Shown here: positions 53,991 to 64,000 of the stretch, one piece after another
How positions within the stretch are numbered: position 1 is the first letter of the stretch
How the letters are laid out: the number at the start of each line of letters is the position of its first letter
Assembly (NCBI RefSeq): GCF_964188315.1
Contig: NC_135666.1
Location: 1,364,001 to 1,428,000 of the forward strand
Direction: 5' to 3'
From: Podarcis muralis
Taxonomy: Eukaryota
Length of the DNA: 64,000 bases
The notes under the pieces: generated by a model
Database searches by the model: none
What the model saw: the letters and a program-made list of their open reading frames with translations, nothing else
Told to the model about the DNA's origin: nothing
Position numbers and translations under genes: made by a program

Positions 53991-55349
53991 GGCCAGCTTC
54001 TTGTTCTCATCGTGGCCAACCAGAAGCCCCAGAGGGAAGAAGCCCTCAAAGAGAACCAGAGTAGAACATCCCATTCTCCCCAAGGCAAGGCATGGGGGGG
54101 GGGGGTTGGAGTAGGGAATCTGGGGTTTGCAGCCTACAGTTAGCAAGCAGGCTAAATGAACGAGAAGGGGATTTCCCTGCCCCTGCGCTGTGGGTTGTTG
54201 GATCAGGCCAGAGGCTGCAGGGAGAGGTGGGCTAGAAAACGAGGGCATGTTATTTAGTCTATTCTTTTTCGCAATCACATATTTATTATGTCTACCAAGA
54301 GCTTTGACAAAACAGCACTTGGAATACTTGCAGCCCCAGTCACAGAAGGCTCTTGCAAGAAAACGTTTAGGTTCATGCCTACCTGCATGGCTATTTCCTA
54401 ACTCTGTGTGTGCACTTGCGAGAAGCCATGGGGGCTCTTCCTTCCCTCCCTCCCTCTCTTCCCCAGGGCCATGTCTGTCTCCCCAGTTGCCAAGAGTGAC
54501 TGGCTGGCTGCTGCAGCACTTCCTCCTTCTGAAGGAGCATCCAGGAGGGAGAGAGTTCAAGGTGGGCTGCTCATCGTCCAGCCTTGTCCCCCTCAGTGGC
54601 CTCAGAAATGCACTGGGAGCAGCTGGGCTTCTGCAAGCCTTGCAAGGGGTTTGTGCGAACACACCCATTCCCAAGCGGCCTTTGGGATCCATTGGGAATG
54701 TGGGCTGGGATCCATCAGAATCAGACCCCAGAGGTCTTAAAATAAAGCTGTTCAAAAGCCATATCACTCCGAAGAGCCAGATAAATGCAACCCAGCAGCA
54801 TCCCATTGAGCTGGAGGGAAGCTCTGAGGTCTCCTGGCTCAGCCTCTTCCTGCTGAGCAGGGTCCCGGCTGCCACAGCCCCCGCTTCAAAGCCTCCAGGT
54901 GCCCTTTCTCCAAGAAGCCCTTTCTGGTGAAGGCCACAGGGCTCTCCAGTTCTTTGGGGACCCTGAACACAGCTGGAACGTCAAGAGAGTGTCATAAACA
55001 GCGCCCCCCCGGGTTGCTCCTGGCCCATTTGGGAGGAAGCAGCCTTTTGGTTGGGGGGGGTGCAGCTTCCCCCCTCGGTGGGCTCCAAACTGGCCGCACG
55101 TGCACCCCTGTCCCCCCAAAGGGGAGGCACAAAGGTGCCCCCCAGCAGAAGGAGACCCCGCTTGTGGCTCTGGTGGACCTTGCCTTGCTGTGGGTCAGTC
55201 GCATGTGCGCATGTGAGAGGGAGAGACCCTCGCCTCTGCAGGTTAGGGAGGGGGGTGCAAGTGCCAGGCTGCCTTTGCAGAGACTTGCCCACCCACCCAG
55301 GCCCCGACAGGACTCCCCAGGCACAGCACCCGGGGGCCTCTCTCGGACC

Positions 55350-58300
55350 TCCTCCTGATGCAAAGGATGGGCTTCGCCGAGCTGGGGTTTCAGGGGCGCA
55401 GGAGAATTTGCCTCAGGCTGGCGGACTCGGCTCTGCTCCAGGGGCCCCCGCCCCGCGAAAAAGACAAACTGGATCAGTAGCCCACATAGACGAAGCAGCA
55501 GAGCGAGAGTCGCCTGGCCTCTTGGGGGCGAGGCTGCTTTTGGGGTCGCCGCAGGGATCCTGGACCCACTAGGAGACCCCTTGGGTAGAGGCGACCGTCG
55601 ACTCTCTAGGGAAAGAGGGTCCACCGCCTGTCCACCGCCTCCGGAGTCTCAGCGAGCTCCGTCGCATGGGACGTCCGCGCCGGCCCAGGCGGCGGCGGCT
55701 GCTCTTCTGAAATTCCCGGCGAGGAGGGGGCGAGCGAGGCGGGTACCAGGGGCGCCTGGGCCGGGCTGAGGGGCCCTTCAGGCCTGCATCCCGGGGGCAG
55801 CCGCTTCAGACATCGCCAGGCTCAAGCGGGCGCCCGCAGCAGCTCCTCCCGCCGTCGGGGGTCACGTCCGGCAAGGGCGCTCGCTCGCTGGCTCCTGCCC
55901 CGGGGGCCCCGTTCCGCGCCCGGAAAGCTGGAGAGCCCCCCGACTGGGGCTCGGGCACCCGCGGCGGGAGAAGGCTCGGCAAGCGCGTGCGGAGGGCGCG
56001 GGGCTCTTCGCGTTACTTCCTGGGGCGGCCCCGGCCGGCCAGACGGGAGCCCCGCGCGCCTTCGGCTCCCTCCGTCGGGCCGGCCCCGCTGAGTCCGGAG
56101 CCGGTGACAACGACAGCCGCTCCCTCCCTCCCTCCTCCGCCGACCGCTCTCCGAAGGGGCGGGGAAGCGGCGCGACGTCGGCGGCGCGTCTGCTGCGCGG
56201 CGGAGGCGGCTGTCGGAGAGGCGGGGAGGGAGAGCTGCGCTCGGCGGCGCGGCTCCACTGAAGCGGCGCGGAAGGAGTTAACACCCGCCCCTTTTCCCTC
56301 AGTCCGCTCGGCTGACCTTCACGGCGAGAGGGGAAAAAGGCAGCGCTGCGCATGCGCCCCACGCGCCCCCTCCCCGCCGGGAGGAGCCCGGTAACTGGGG
56401 GGGGGGGAGAAGGGGGGTCGGTCAGTGTGAAGCCCCGGGATTCTGGGGGGGAGGGGCCACGGTCCTTTCCTCTCGGCCTTCCTCCCCTCCCTCCGTCCAT
56501 AGGGGGCAGGACCAGGAGGGTGGCGGGGATCCCCCGGGGGGGTTCCCCACCACCGCAGCCCGTTGGGCAGGGGGATCCAGCGGTCGCGTCCCCGGTGGGG
56601 TACTGGAGAGCCTGCGGGGGAGGGGCTCCCTCGCCTCCCCGCCGCCTCTCCTGGTCCTGGCCGGGAGGGGGGAGACCCGGGGGCAACCGGGCGCCCTCGT
56701 CTGCACGTGTGAACACGCCGCTCCGCCATCACGCATTGGGAGGAAGTCTCCCCCCGCTGGTCCTCCCTCCCTCCCTCTTCACGACTCCGCATCGGGCTGC
56801 GCCGGGTGCAGAAGGAGCCTCTCCTGGGTACCACGCCCTGCCCGTTACCTGGCAACACTGGCTCTGTTGCCAGGGAGACGCGCACCGGGAGATGCCGGCG
56901 GCTCTTCATTCCCTGCCAGCGCCACGCAGGGCAGGACGGGAGAGTGACCGACAGGCGGGGGGGGGGGAGGAAGACGAGGCGACGGTGACGCCTCCGCCGG
57001 ACGTCTCTGCGAGGAGGGAGCCCAGACCGGCCTCGCAGGGGCCGCTCGACGTGGAGCGGGTGGGGGGCGGCGGGGAAGGACCCGCGACATCCCGTGTGGG
57101 GGCCCCCGCCGTCTCCCCGGTGTCATGGTTTGCGGGCACTCGGGGAAGAGGGTCTCCCGCGCCGCCCGGCCTTCCCCGCGCCCCTCCTCGCTTCCTCCGC
57201 CCCCGTCCAGCCTCCGACGGGTGGGGGGAGGCGGGCTCCTTCCCTCCGCTTCCCTCGGTAGCCGGGCCGCCTGGAGGGTCCCGGGGGATGCGGCCTGGAA
57301 GCGGCGCGAGGAGGGGCGCGGCGGCGAGGCGTTGCGCGGCCGCCGGGGACGGGCAGGCGGAGCGCCGGGCGAGGCTGCGCGGGGACGCGGCAAGGAGCGG
57401 CGGCGGGCGGCGCTGGGGCTCAGCCGGCCTCGGCCGCGGCGCTTCGGCGGAGGAATCCGGCCGTGGGCCGTCGCGGGAGCCCTGCCGGGCCCCCTCCCCC
57501 GTCGGCCGGCGGAGCTATTAGAAGTGTGAGCGGAGCGAGCGGAGCGCGCAGCGGGGCTCCGAGGGAAGAAAGACGGAGCGCGCGGGCAGAGTTGGAGGAG
57601 GAGGAGGAGGAGGAGAAAGGGAGGACGGAGGCAGAAGGGAAGGCGGCGGCGAGCCCAGGAAGGCAGGAAGGCAGGCAGACAGACGGACCGACGGAGGAGG
57701 AGGAGGAGGAGGAGGAGAAGGGGAGGCGGAGCAGTGCAGACCCGACCCCGATGGCCGCGGAGGAAGTCACGGGCGGAGCGCGAAAGGCGACGAAAAGCAA
57801 ACTTTTTGAGTTTCTGGTCCATGGGGTGGTGAGTGGGGAAAGTTTGCGGGCTGCCCGGCGAGGAGCGGGAAAGCCGGCCTGGGAGGGGGGGGGAGGAGGG
57901 GGCAGCTCTCGCCCAGGCCCGCGTGGGGGGGGGTGTAGGGGGGGGTACACGCCCCCTCCCCCCAGCACGTGCGCAGGTTCCGGGCCTGGCTCGGAAACAG
58001 GTGCGCACAGCGGACCCCGAGGGAGCGGCGAGGGGCCACTTGGGCAAGGCGCCGGGGGGGGGAGGGGCCGGGCTCCGGAGGTATCCCAGGCCCTCGTCTC
58101 CAGGCGGGCTTGGCTGGACCCCCGTGGGTGGCACGACCCCCGTGCCAGCCCCGGGCACTCCTCTCTCACGTCGCTACGCGCGAGGAATCCCCCCTGGCGC
58201 GAGGGCTCTCCGGCACCATTGTCTGAAGGCGCTCCTTTTTCGGGGAAGAGGCCGGTGGAGCGGGACGCCTCGGGGGGGCAGGGGGCTTGGGGAGCCCTCT

Positions 58301-58350
58301 AGGGCGCGGGAGGGGGAGTGTGGCGAACGCCCCACTGGCCCCCTGCCCAT
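55350..58350. promoter_or_regulatory. CpG island / SMARCD3 proximal promoter region
   Basis: CpG-dense. ETS ACTTCCTG near 56017, NRF1 TGCGCATGCGC 56347-56357, GGA-repeat-rich leader before the ATG. Confidence 0.8.
57751..57828 (+). CDS. SMARCD3: SMARCD3/BAF60C first coding exon (26 codons); gene continues beyond the window
   Basis: MAAEEVTGGARKATKSKLFEFLVHGV then GTGAGT donor; nearly identical to recalled human BAF60c N-terminus MAADEVAGGARKATKSKLFEFLVHGV. Exon 2 (RPGMPSG...) was not found before 64000. Confidence 0.95.
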
Positions 58351-59033
58351 CAAGGGCGCCATGTGGGTGGCAGGGGGTTGGTGATGACCCCTCCAAGTGT
58401 TCTGGACCTTCAGAGTTTCTGGACTGTAGGTTGGCATCCCAAGCGTGCCTCACCCCCCCCCCCCACTCTCGGCTCCCTCTCCCAAAGGGCCCCAGGCAGG
58501 ATGTGGCCCCCAGCATTGGCTGCCGACTGGGAGGGTCCCTGAGCAAAACCTTGGCTGCTCTGGCTACCAGGCCCCCATCCCCAGAGAGTTCCCTTGCCCC
58601 GTGGCACAACCTGGCAGCTCCCTTTCACAGACAGGCAGGGGGACCACCTCCAAGAGTCTTCTTTGGAGATCAGCCCAAGGGACCACCCAGCTCAACGTCC
58701 TCTTCTCTCAGTGACCAAGCAGGGGCCCCAGAGGGAAGCCCCCCCAGGTGCGCAGGACCTGAGTGCAAGAGCTGCCACCTCCCTCCTTGTGTTCCCCAGC
58801 AACTCGCATTCAGAGCCTTGCTCTCCCTCTGATATTTGCTTCACACACACCCCCCCCCCTTTAAATCTGCCCAGGTTAGTGGTCTCCACTGCCTCCTGCA
58901 GCAGTGATTTCCAGAGTTCAGGGGTGGGCAGGTGGTAGATAGAAGCCTCCTTGCAGAATTATGGGTGAGTTATGGGCTGTGTTTCTGACTCCCAGTAGCA
59001 GCAGTTGGGTGTCAAGGGCCGTAGCTCACTGTG

Positions 59034-59158
59034 ATAGCTCAGTTAGTAGAACATGAGACTCTTAATCTCAGGGCTGTGGGTTCAAGTCCCAGGTTGGACA
59101 AAATATTCCTGCATTGCAGGGGGTTGAACTAGATGACCCCTGGGCTCCCTTCCAACAT
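59034..59158 (+). mobile_element. tRNA-Lys(CTT)-derived SINE with CR1-type tail
   Basis: tagctcagttagtagaacatgagactcttaatctcagggctgtgggttcaagtccc resembles tRNA-Lys-CTT and is fused to a cattgcagggggttgaactagatgacc tail. Confidence 0.82.
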
Positions 59159-59972
59159 GAGGGCTGGGATACTTCTAGGATTCTAAGAGCACTTGCTTTG
59201 TCTGCAGAATATTTCAGGTTCAACCCTAGCAACAGCTCTAGGTAGGGTTGGGGGAGACCCACTTGCCTGAAATCCTGTCAGTGTTGACACTGCTGAGCAA
59301 TAGATGGACCAGTCTTCTGACTCCGTATAAGCCAACATCCTGTATGTCAAACAACAAAATCCCCCCTCCCTTTTATGTTGCTGAAGAAAGCCAGGCAGAA
59401 GTGGGCTTCTGTGTGGAAGGACTGTGAACTCAGTTCAGTTCTGGCACTGGAAACAAATTCCTAGAACATGCTTAGAGGCACCCTGTCTTTTAATTCTGTC
59501 TTTGGTGCCTGGCTTTGGAGTTCTAGCAAAACAAACAAACTAGAAACCCCAAGCCTGAAATCTCCCTGCCCCGAACACTTGTGCCTCACTTGAACCCAGC
59601 ACTGCTGAGTGTGAAGGCACCCTTCTTTCTGTCTGTGCTGAGTCTCCCAGCATGCGGCTTCATTGGGTGATGCTGCTGGGTTTGAGTGTTGAGGGTGAGA
59701 GAGGGCGGCAAGCGTTGCTGCCTCCACCCCAGACATCTTCCCATGTCCCCTCAGGGAGCCTCTCTGTAGCCTTTCCCCTGCTGTGGGTTCAGGGGGGCTG
59801 CACCCCTGTCCTGAGGTCTCTTCCGCAGGTTCCCTGGAGCATCAGGCAGGTGGGTCAGTGTTGGTCTCACGAGGCCTGGTGCTTCTAGGGGATTCCCGGT
59901 GGGGAAGACGACACCCCCTCTGAAGGTGGTGGGCTTTCCTTCTTTGGAGGTTTCTAAGCTGAGGGTCTCTAA

Positions 59973-60316
59973 GGGGTGTGGGTGGCGCTGTGGGTTAAAC
60001 CACAGAGCCTAGGGCTTGCCGATCAGAAGGTCGGGCAGTTTGAATCCCCGTGATGGGGTGAGCTCCCGTTGCTCAGTCACTGCTCCTGCCAACCTAGCAG
60101 TTCCAAAGCACGTCAAAGTGCCAGTAGATAAATAGGTACCACTCCGGCGGGAAGGTAAACGGCGTTTCCGTGCGCTGCTCTGGTTCGCCAGAAGCGGCTT
60201 AGCCATGCTGGCCACATGACCTGTACGCCGGCTCCCTCGGCCAATAAAGCGAGATGAGCGCTGCAACCCCAGAGTCAGCCACGACTGGACCTAATGGTCA
60301 GGGGTCCCTTTACCTT
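59973..60316 (+). mobile_element. Sauria SINE, full length
   Basis: Head ggggtgtgggtggcgctgtgggtt, tail ccctttacctt, TSD taagctgagg. Confidence 0.92.
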
Positions 60317-61216
60317 TAAGCTGAGGCCGGATGTCCATCTGACCTGGATGCCTTAGTTGTGATTCCGGCATTTTAGGGGGTTGAACTAGATGACCTTGGG
60401 GGGTCCCGCCCAACTCTACAGTTTTATGATTCTATGAGGAGGTGGTGTGGAGAGTCCTGCCCAACTGGCACAACATGGTGCCAAGTTTTTGATAGTACTT
60501 GGGCAAGAGATCCCCCCCCCAAAGGCAAGAACAGTTGACCTCCTGCCTGACTGAGGCGTCTCAGCCTCCCTTGTGGGTAGCTGCAAACAACAACAAAAAG
60601 TGCCCAGGCACCCAGCTGCTTCCTGAGGTTCTTCATAAAAATGAGCACCCAGATGGAAATGACATGTGCTGGTAATGTGACAGGTTATCTCTCTTCCCTG
60701 GGGCAAAGGTAAAAGTGGCTGGCCGCCCCCTCCCCAGTCCTTCATTCCCTCCTCTCGAACCCTTGGCTGAATTTCTTAGATCAGGGCATCTGGCTCACTT
60801 GGAATACCTGAAATGCAGGTGGGGTTGGATACCTGAAATGCAAAAGGGTTGGAGGGAACGGGGAAGAAAGAGGGGTGACTGCAATATTTGTGAGTGGGGA
60901 AGGGCAGGCGAAAGAGGCGAGGGCTCTTTATCCTGGCAAAATGGGGCAGGGAGAGGATTATTTGTGGTGGAGAAGGGAAGAAGGAGCCTTGAACGAGCCT
61001 TCCTGCCTTGATTGTGGTTGTATCTTCCTGGTCCTGGCTGGGAATCTCACGCGAGGCTCAGTGGGCCCAAGCCTTTCAGCAGTACTGCTCCTGACCCTGG
61101 AGCTCAGCAGGTGTTTCAGAAGCACAACAGACAGAAACTGTCCAAGGAAGTCAAAAGGGTGGTGCTCAGAATTCATTGCTAATGAGCTCAGTTCAAAACA
61201 GATCATGAAGGAGTGA

Positions 61217-61221
<5 letters not shown>

Positions 61222-61252
<31 letters not shown>
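61222..61252. repeat. (CA)n microsatellite
   Basis: Direct reading. Confidence 0.9.
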
Positions 61253-61257
<5 letters not shown>

Positions 61258-64000
61258 ACACAAGACACAAGTGAGGGCAACTGCTGGGAGCTCAGGGCTC
61301 TGTCCTGGCTGAGTCACTTCTGGAGGGCTGTGTCCAGTTCTGAGGAAGGCATTGACCAGCTAGTGTGTGTCAAGGAGAGCAACTGGAATGGTGGAAGCTC
61401 TGCAGACCAAGTCCTGTGATGGACGGTAGAAGGAGCTGCAGCAGCAGCAGCAGCAGTTCAGGTCTTTCTTGTGGACTTCCATGGAGACGTCCCTGGAAAC
61501 CCAGTTCCTGCCAGCACCAGAGAAGGAAGTTCTCCTCTGCCTTGGAGAGGGACTCAGGCAGACACTGTTCCAAGCCCACCGGGGTCCCCCCTGGTCTAGC
61601 CCTTCATGGCTGCCTCTTGGCCCTTATGGATAGATTTAAAGAAAGAACTTTGCCCTCTTTCCAGGAAGGGGAGACTCAGCGCATGGCCCCCCTTTCCTCT
61701 CCCCCTCCCCACAATTGCTGTAGTTTCAGGGGCTGGGTTAGATGGGCCTGATCCAGCCGCAGGGCTCTCCTCCCGTTCAGGGTGGTGATCAGAAGCTTAA
61801 AGGGAGAGACAGAGGTGCGTTTCCAATACCGGAAGGGCTGGCAGTCACACAGAAGATGACGCAGGGGTGCTCACGCCTGTTGCTCCTGAGGGCAGGACTA
61901 GAACAAAAGGCAGGGCAGTCGGGTGTTTTGAATTTTCCAACTTTCAAATTCCAAAACTGAGGGATGCTAAAAAGTCGTAACATGATTTGGGAAATCAAAA
62001 TATAGTGTGATTAAATTAATACAATTTCTTTTTGCCTGGTAAGTGAAATGTGTGTAACCTTGCATAGAAATCATAAAAATGGTTGCCAAGTACTTGCAGT
62101 TGCAGTATATATTAATATTTAGCATTACTTGACATTTTCAGAAGGTAGAATTAAAATTCTTTGGCTTTCCGAAAGCAGTTTGATATGCTTCTTCATCAAA
62201 CATAGACTACCAAGCTAAATGTTGCTAAATCATAAATATAATAGCAGATTTTAGTTCCTCACACCCAGAAACGCATTTTAAAGTCCCCTCATGGAAGAAA
62301 TTTTCAAAAAAAAAAAAGTGTCACTCCCAAAATGACAGGCCGTAGCAGGACAAGGCAGGCATCTGCTGGGTCTGTTTGGGGCTGGAGATATTTAAGCAGA
62401 GGCTGAAGGAGGGGTCAGGTGTCAGGGATGGGGCAGCTGCCTCCTGCATTGCTGCCTCTTCTGTGGGGCAGGGATTAGATGATCTCCACAACCTCTTCCG
62501 GCTTTGTAATTTCACGAGTATCTGATCCGCCTCTTGTGCAGGTTTTGGAAAACTAAGAGTGGGGGGAAGCTCCATTCAGCACACGCTGGCCTTTAGACCT
62601 GGCCTCCTCCGCCCCACAGAAATCCCTTCTGCTTCCTCTGTCATTTTTTTCTGCAGCAAAACTGGCTCAAAACAATTCATTCCCTTGCAGTCAGGGGAGC
62701 CCCTGTGCGTCTGCTCCTGGCATCTTTGTGCAGAGGTTCCGGGGCCAAATAGAGAAAACCTTAAACAAACTGAAAGGGTTTTCCCCCCCGCAAGGGATGC
62801 AAGAAGGTCTTCCTTAAAGGCGAGGAGCTGGGGGGAAAGTGTGCCATGATTTGATTTCCATACTTCACTGGCCGGCCGGCCTCTTGGTCTGACTGACGGG
62901 CAGCAGCTGAGTGTCCAGGGGGAGGCGGAGGCCTGGGGGCCAGAGAGACAGCAGCAGGTGGCCCTGAATGCGAGGCATGCTTGCAGGGTCAGTTGCTGCC
63001 GGGGGTGGGGATGTTTGGCTGGCTGGGAGGGGCCTCATTCATCCCCCCCCCCCCCGTGGTGCTGGGCTTGTGGCTGCAACAGGTGCCCTCGGATGAAAGG
63101 ACCCCCTGTCTGCCTCGCAGCTCCCACCCATGGCTCTCTCCGTACGTTGGAGGGGGGCGAGGATGAGGTTTATATCCTTATGGTGCCGCCCATGAACACG
63201 GTGCCAGACGCAGCAACTAAGGAGAAGAGACAGGTCCCTGCCCCAAGGGGCTTGCAGTCTGAAGGCTGACAGGGCAGGGAAGTGAAGGCCAGGACTGTCA
63301 AGCCATGGAGGCCGGTTGTGGTGGGCAAGTGGCGCTGCGTGGCCAAGAGGGGTCGTGCTTCTCTTTAGTCTCCTTTGCAGTTTTGGGGGGGTGGGGGTGG
63401 GGGAAGGTGGCTTTGGAGAAATTGGGTGCAAACGGCTTCAGGGGCCTGGAGGTGGAAAGGAGAAAGGAGGCCAGCATTAAAAATTATTGATACAGTTAAG
63501 AGCAGGTATTAAAAGTGTTCAAAGAGAGAAAAAGCACATGTAATTTCCCCATGTCTGCGTAGGGGTGCCTAAACTGAAAAGTTTTAAACCGGTGCCAAGA
63601 AGAGTGCAGTGAAGGTGCACCTGCCTGACGTCAAGTGGCAGGGAGTTCCGTAGTGCAAGTGTGGCCACACTAACAGATTGGAATGAGCATTATGTGGCAC
63701 CAGCTGCAGCATCAGTTCCACAGACCAAAACAGTTCATTAGAAATATAAAGGCAAGGCAGATGCAGAAGTAAACTGGTCCCAAGCTCTTTATTTGTTATC
63801 TGCCTTTCACCTTGAGGTCCCAGGGTGGGTTACAAACAGTGCTATATTTCTATTAAAAAAAAGAGGTGCTGGATCTCACCAAAAACGCCTCCCCCATTCT
63901 CTTATAATGGCAATGGCGCCCACCTGAGAGATGCTGAATCTGGGTTCCGGCTGAAAAAAATCCCTGGTTACAATATCCTAATAGCAGCGCCCTGAACTTG

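Noticed and set aside
57515-57530. MEF2 site (gctattagaag) at the SMARCD3 promoter
   Set aside because: It does not fit YTA(A/T)4TAR; at best a TATA-like element
55862-58384. Long overlapping ORFs around the SMARCD3 promoter
   Set aside because: CpG-island artefacts; only the 78-nt MAAEEV exon has homology and a donor
59034-59100. tRNA-Lys(CTT) gene
   Set aside because: The acceptor stem is broken and the head is fused to a CR1-type tail, so it is a SINE

Overview
Vertebrate (not prokaryotic) genomic DNA, GC-rich and repeat-dense, from a squamate reptile. Sauria SINEs, Squam3-type SINEs with (CTT)n tails and the Tc1/mariner MITE families point to a lacertid lizard (inference). The window is syntenic with human 7q36.1. 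It holds the 5' 12 coding exons of IQCA1L (minus strand, running off the left end), complete ABCF2 (minus, 14 coding exons, 628 aa), complete CHPF2 (plus, 4 exons, 777 aa, head-to-head with ABCF2 on a shared CpG island) and the first coding exon of SMARCD3/BAF60C (plus). I traced all exons by hand, and splice phases are consistent throughout. The most notable points are: SMARCD3 is co-directional with CHPF2, whereas human has them tail-to-tail; the H2B.K (H2BK1) histone gene expected between IQCA1L and ABCF2 is not visible; a ~2.4 kb G-quadruplex-motif minisatellite with higher-order structure starts right at the CHPF2 exon 2 donor; the CHPF2 segment that hosts miR-671 in mammals is present with a different seed and a degraded hairpin; and several CpG-island promoters with splice donors and RFX/NRF1/ETS/TATA motifs lie 1-20 kb upstream of SMARCD3. 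The rest is L2, CR1, L1, SINE, MITE and solo-LTR debris, including several nested insertions with readable target-site duplications. No databases were searched: gene and repeat family names come from recalled sequence knowledge, and repeat boundaries are approximate unless a TSD is quoted.
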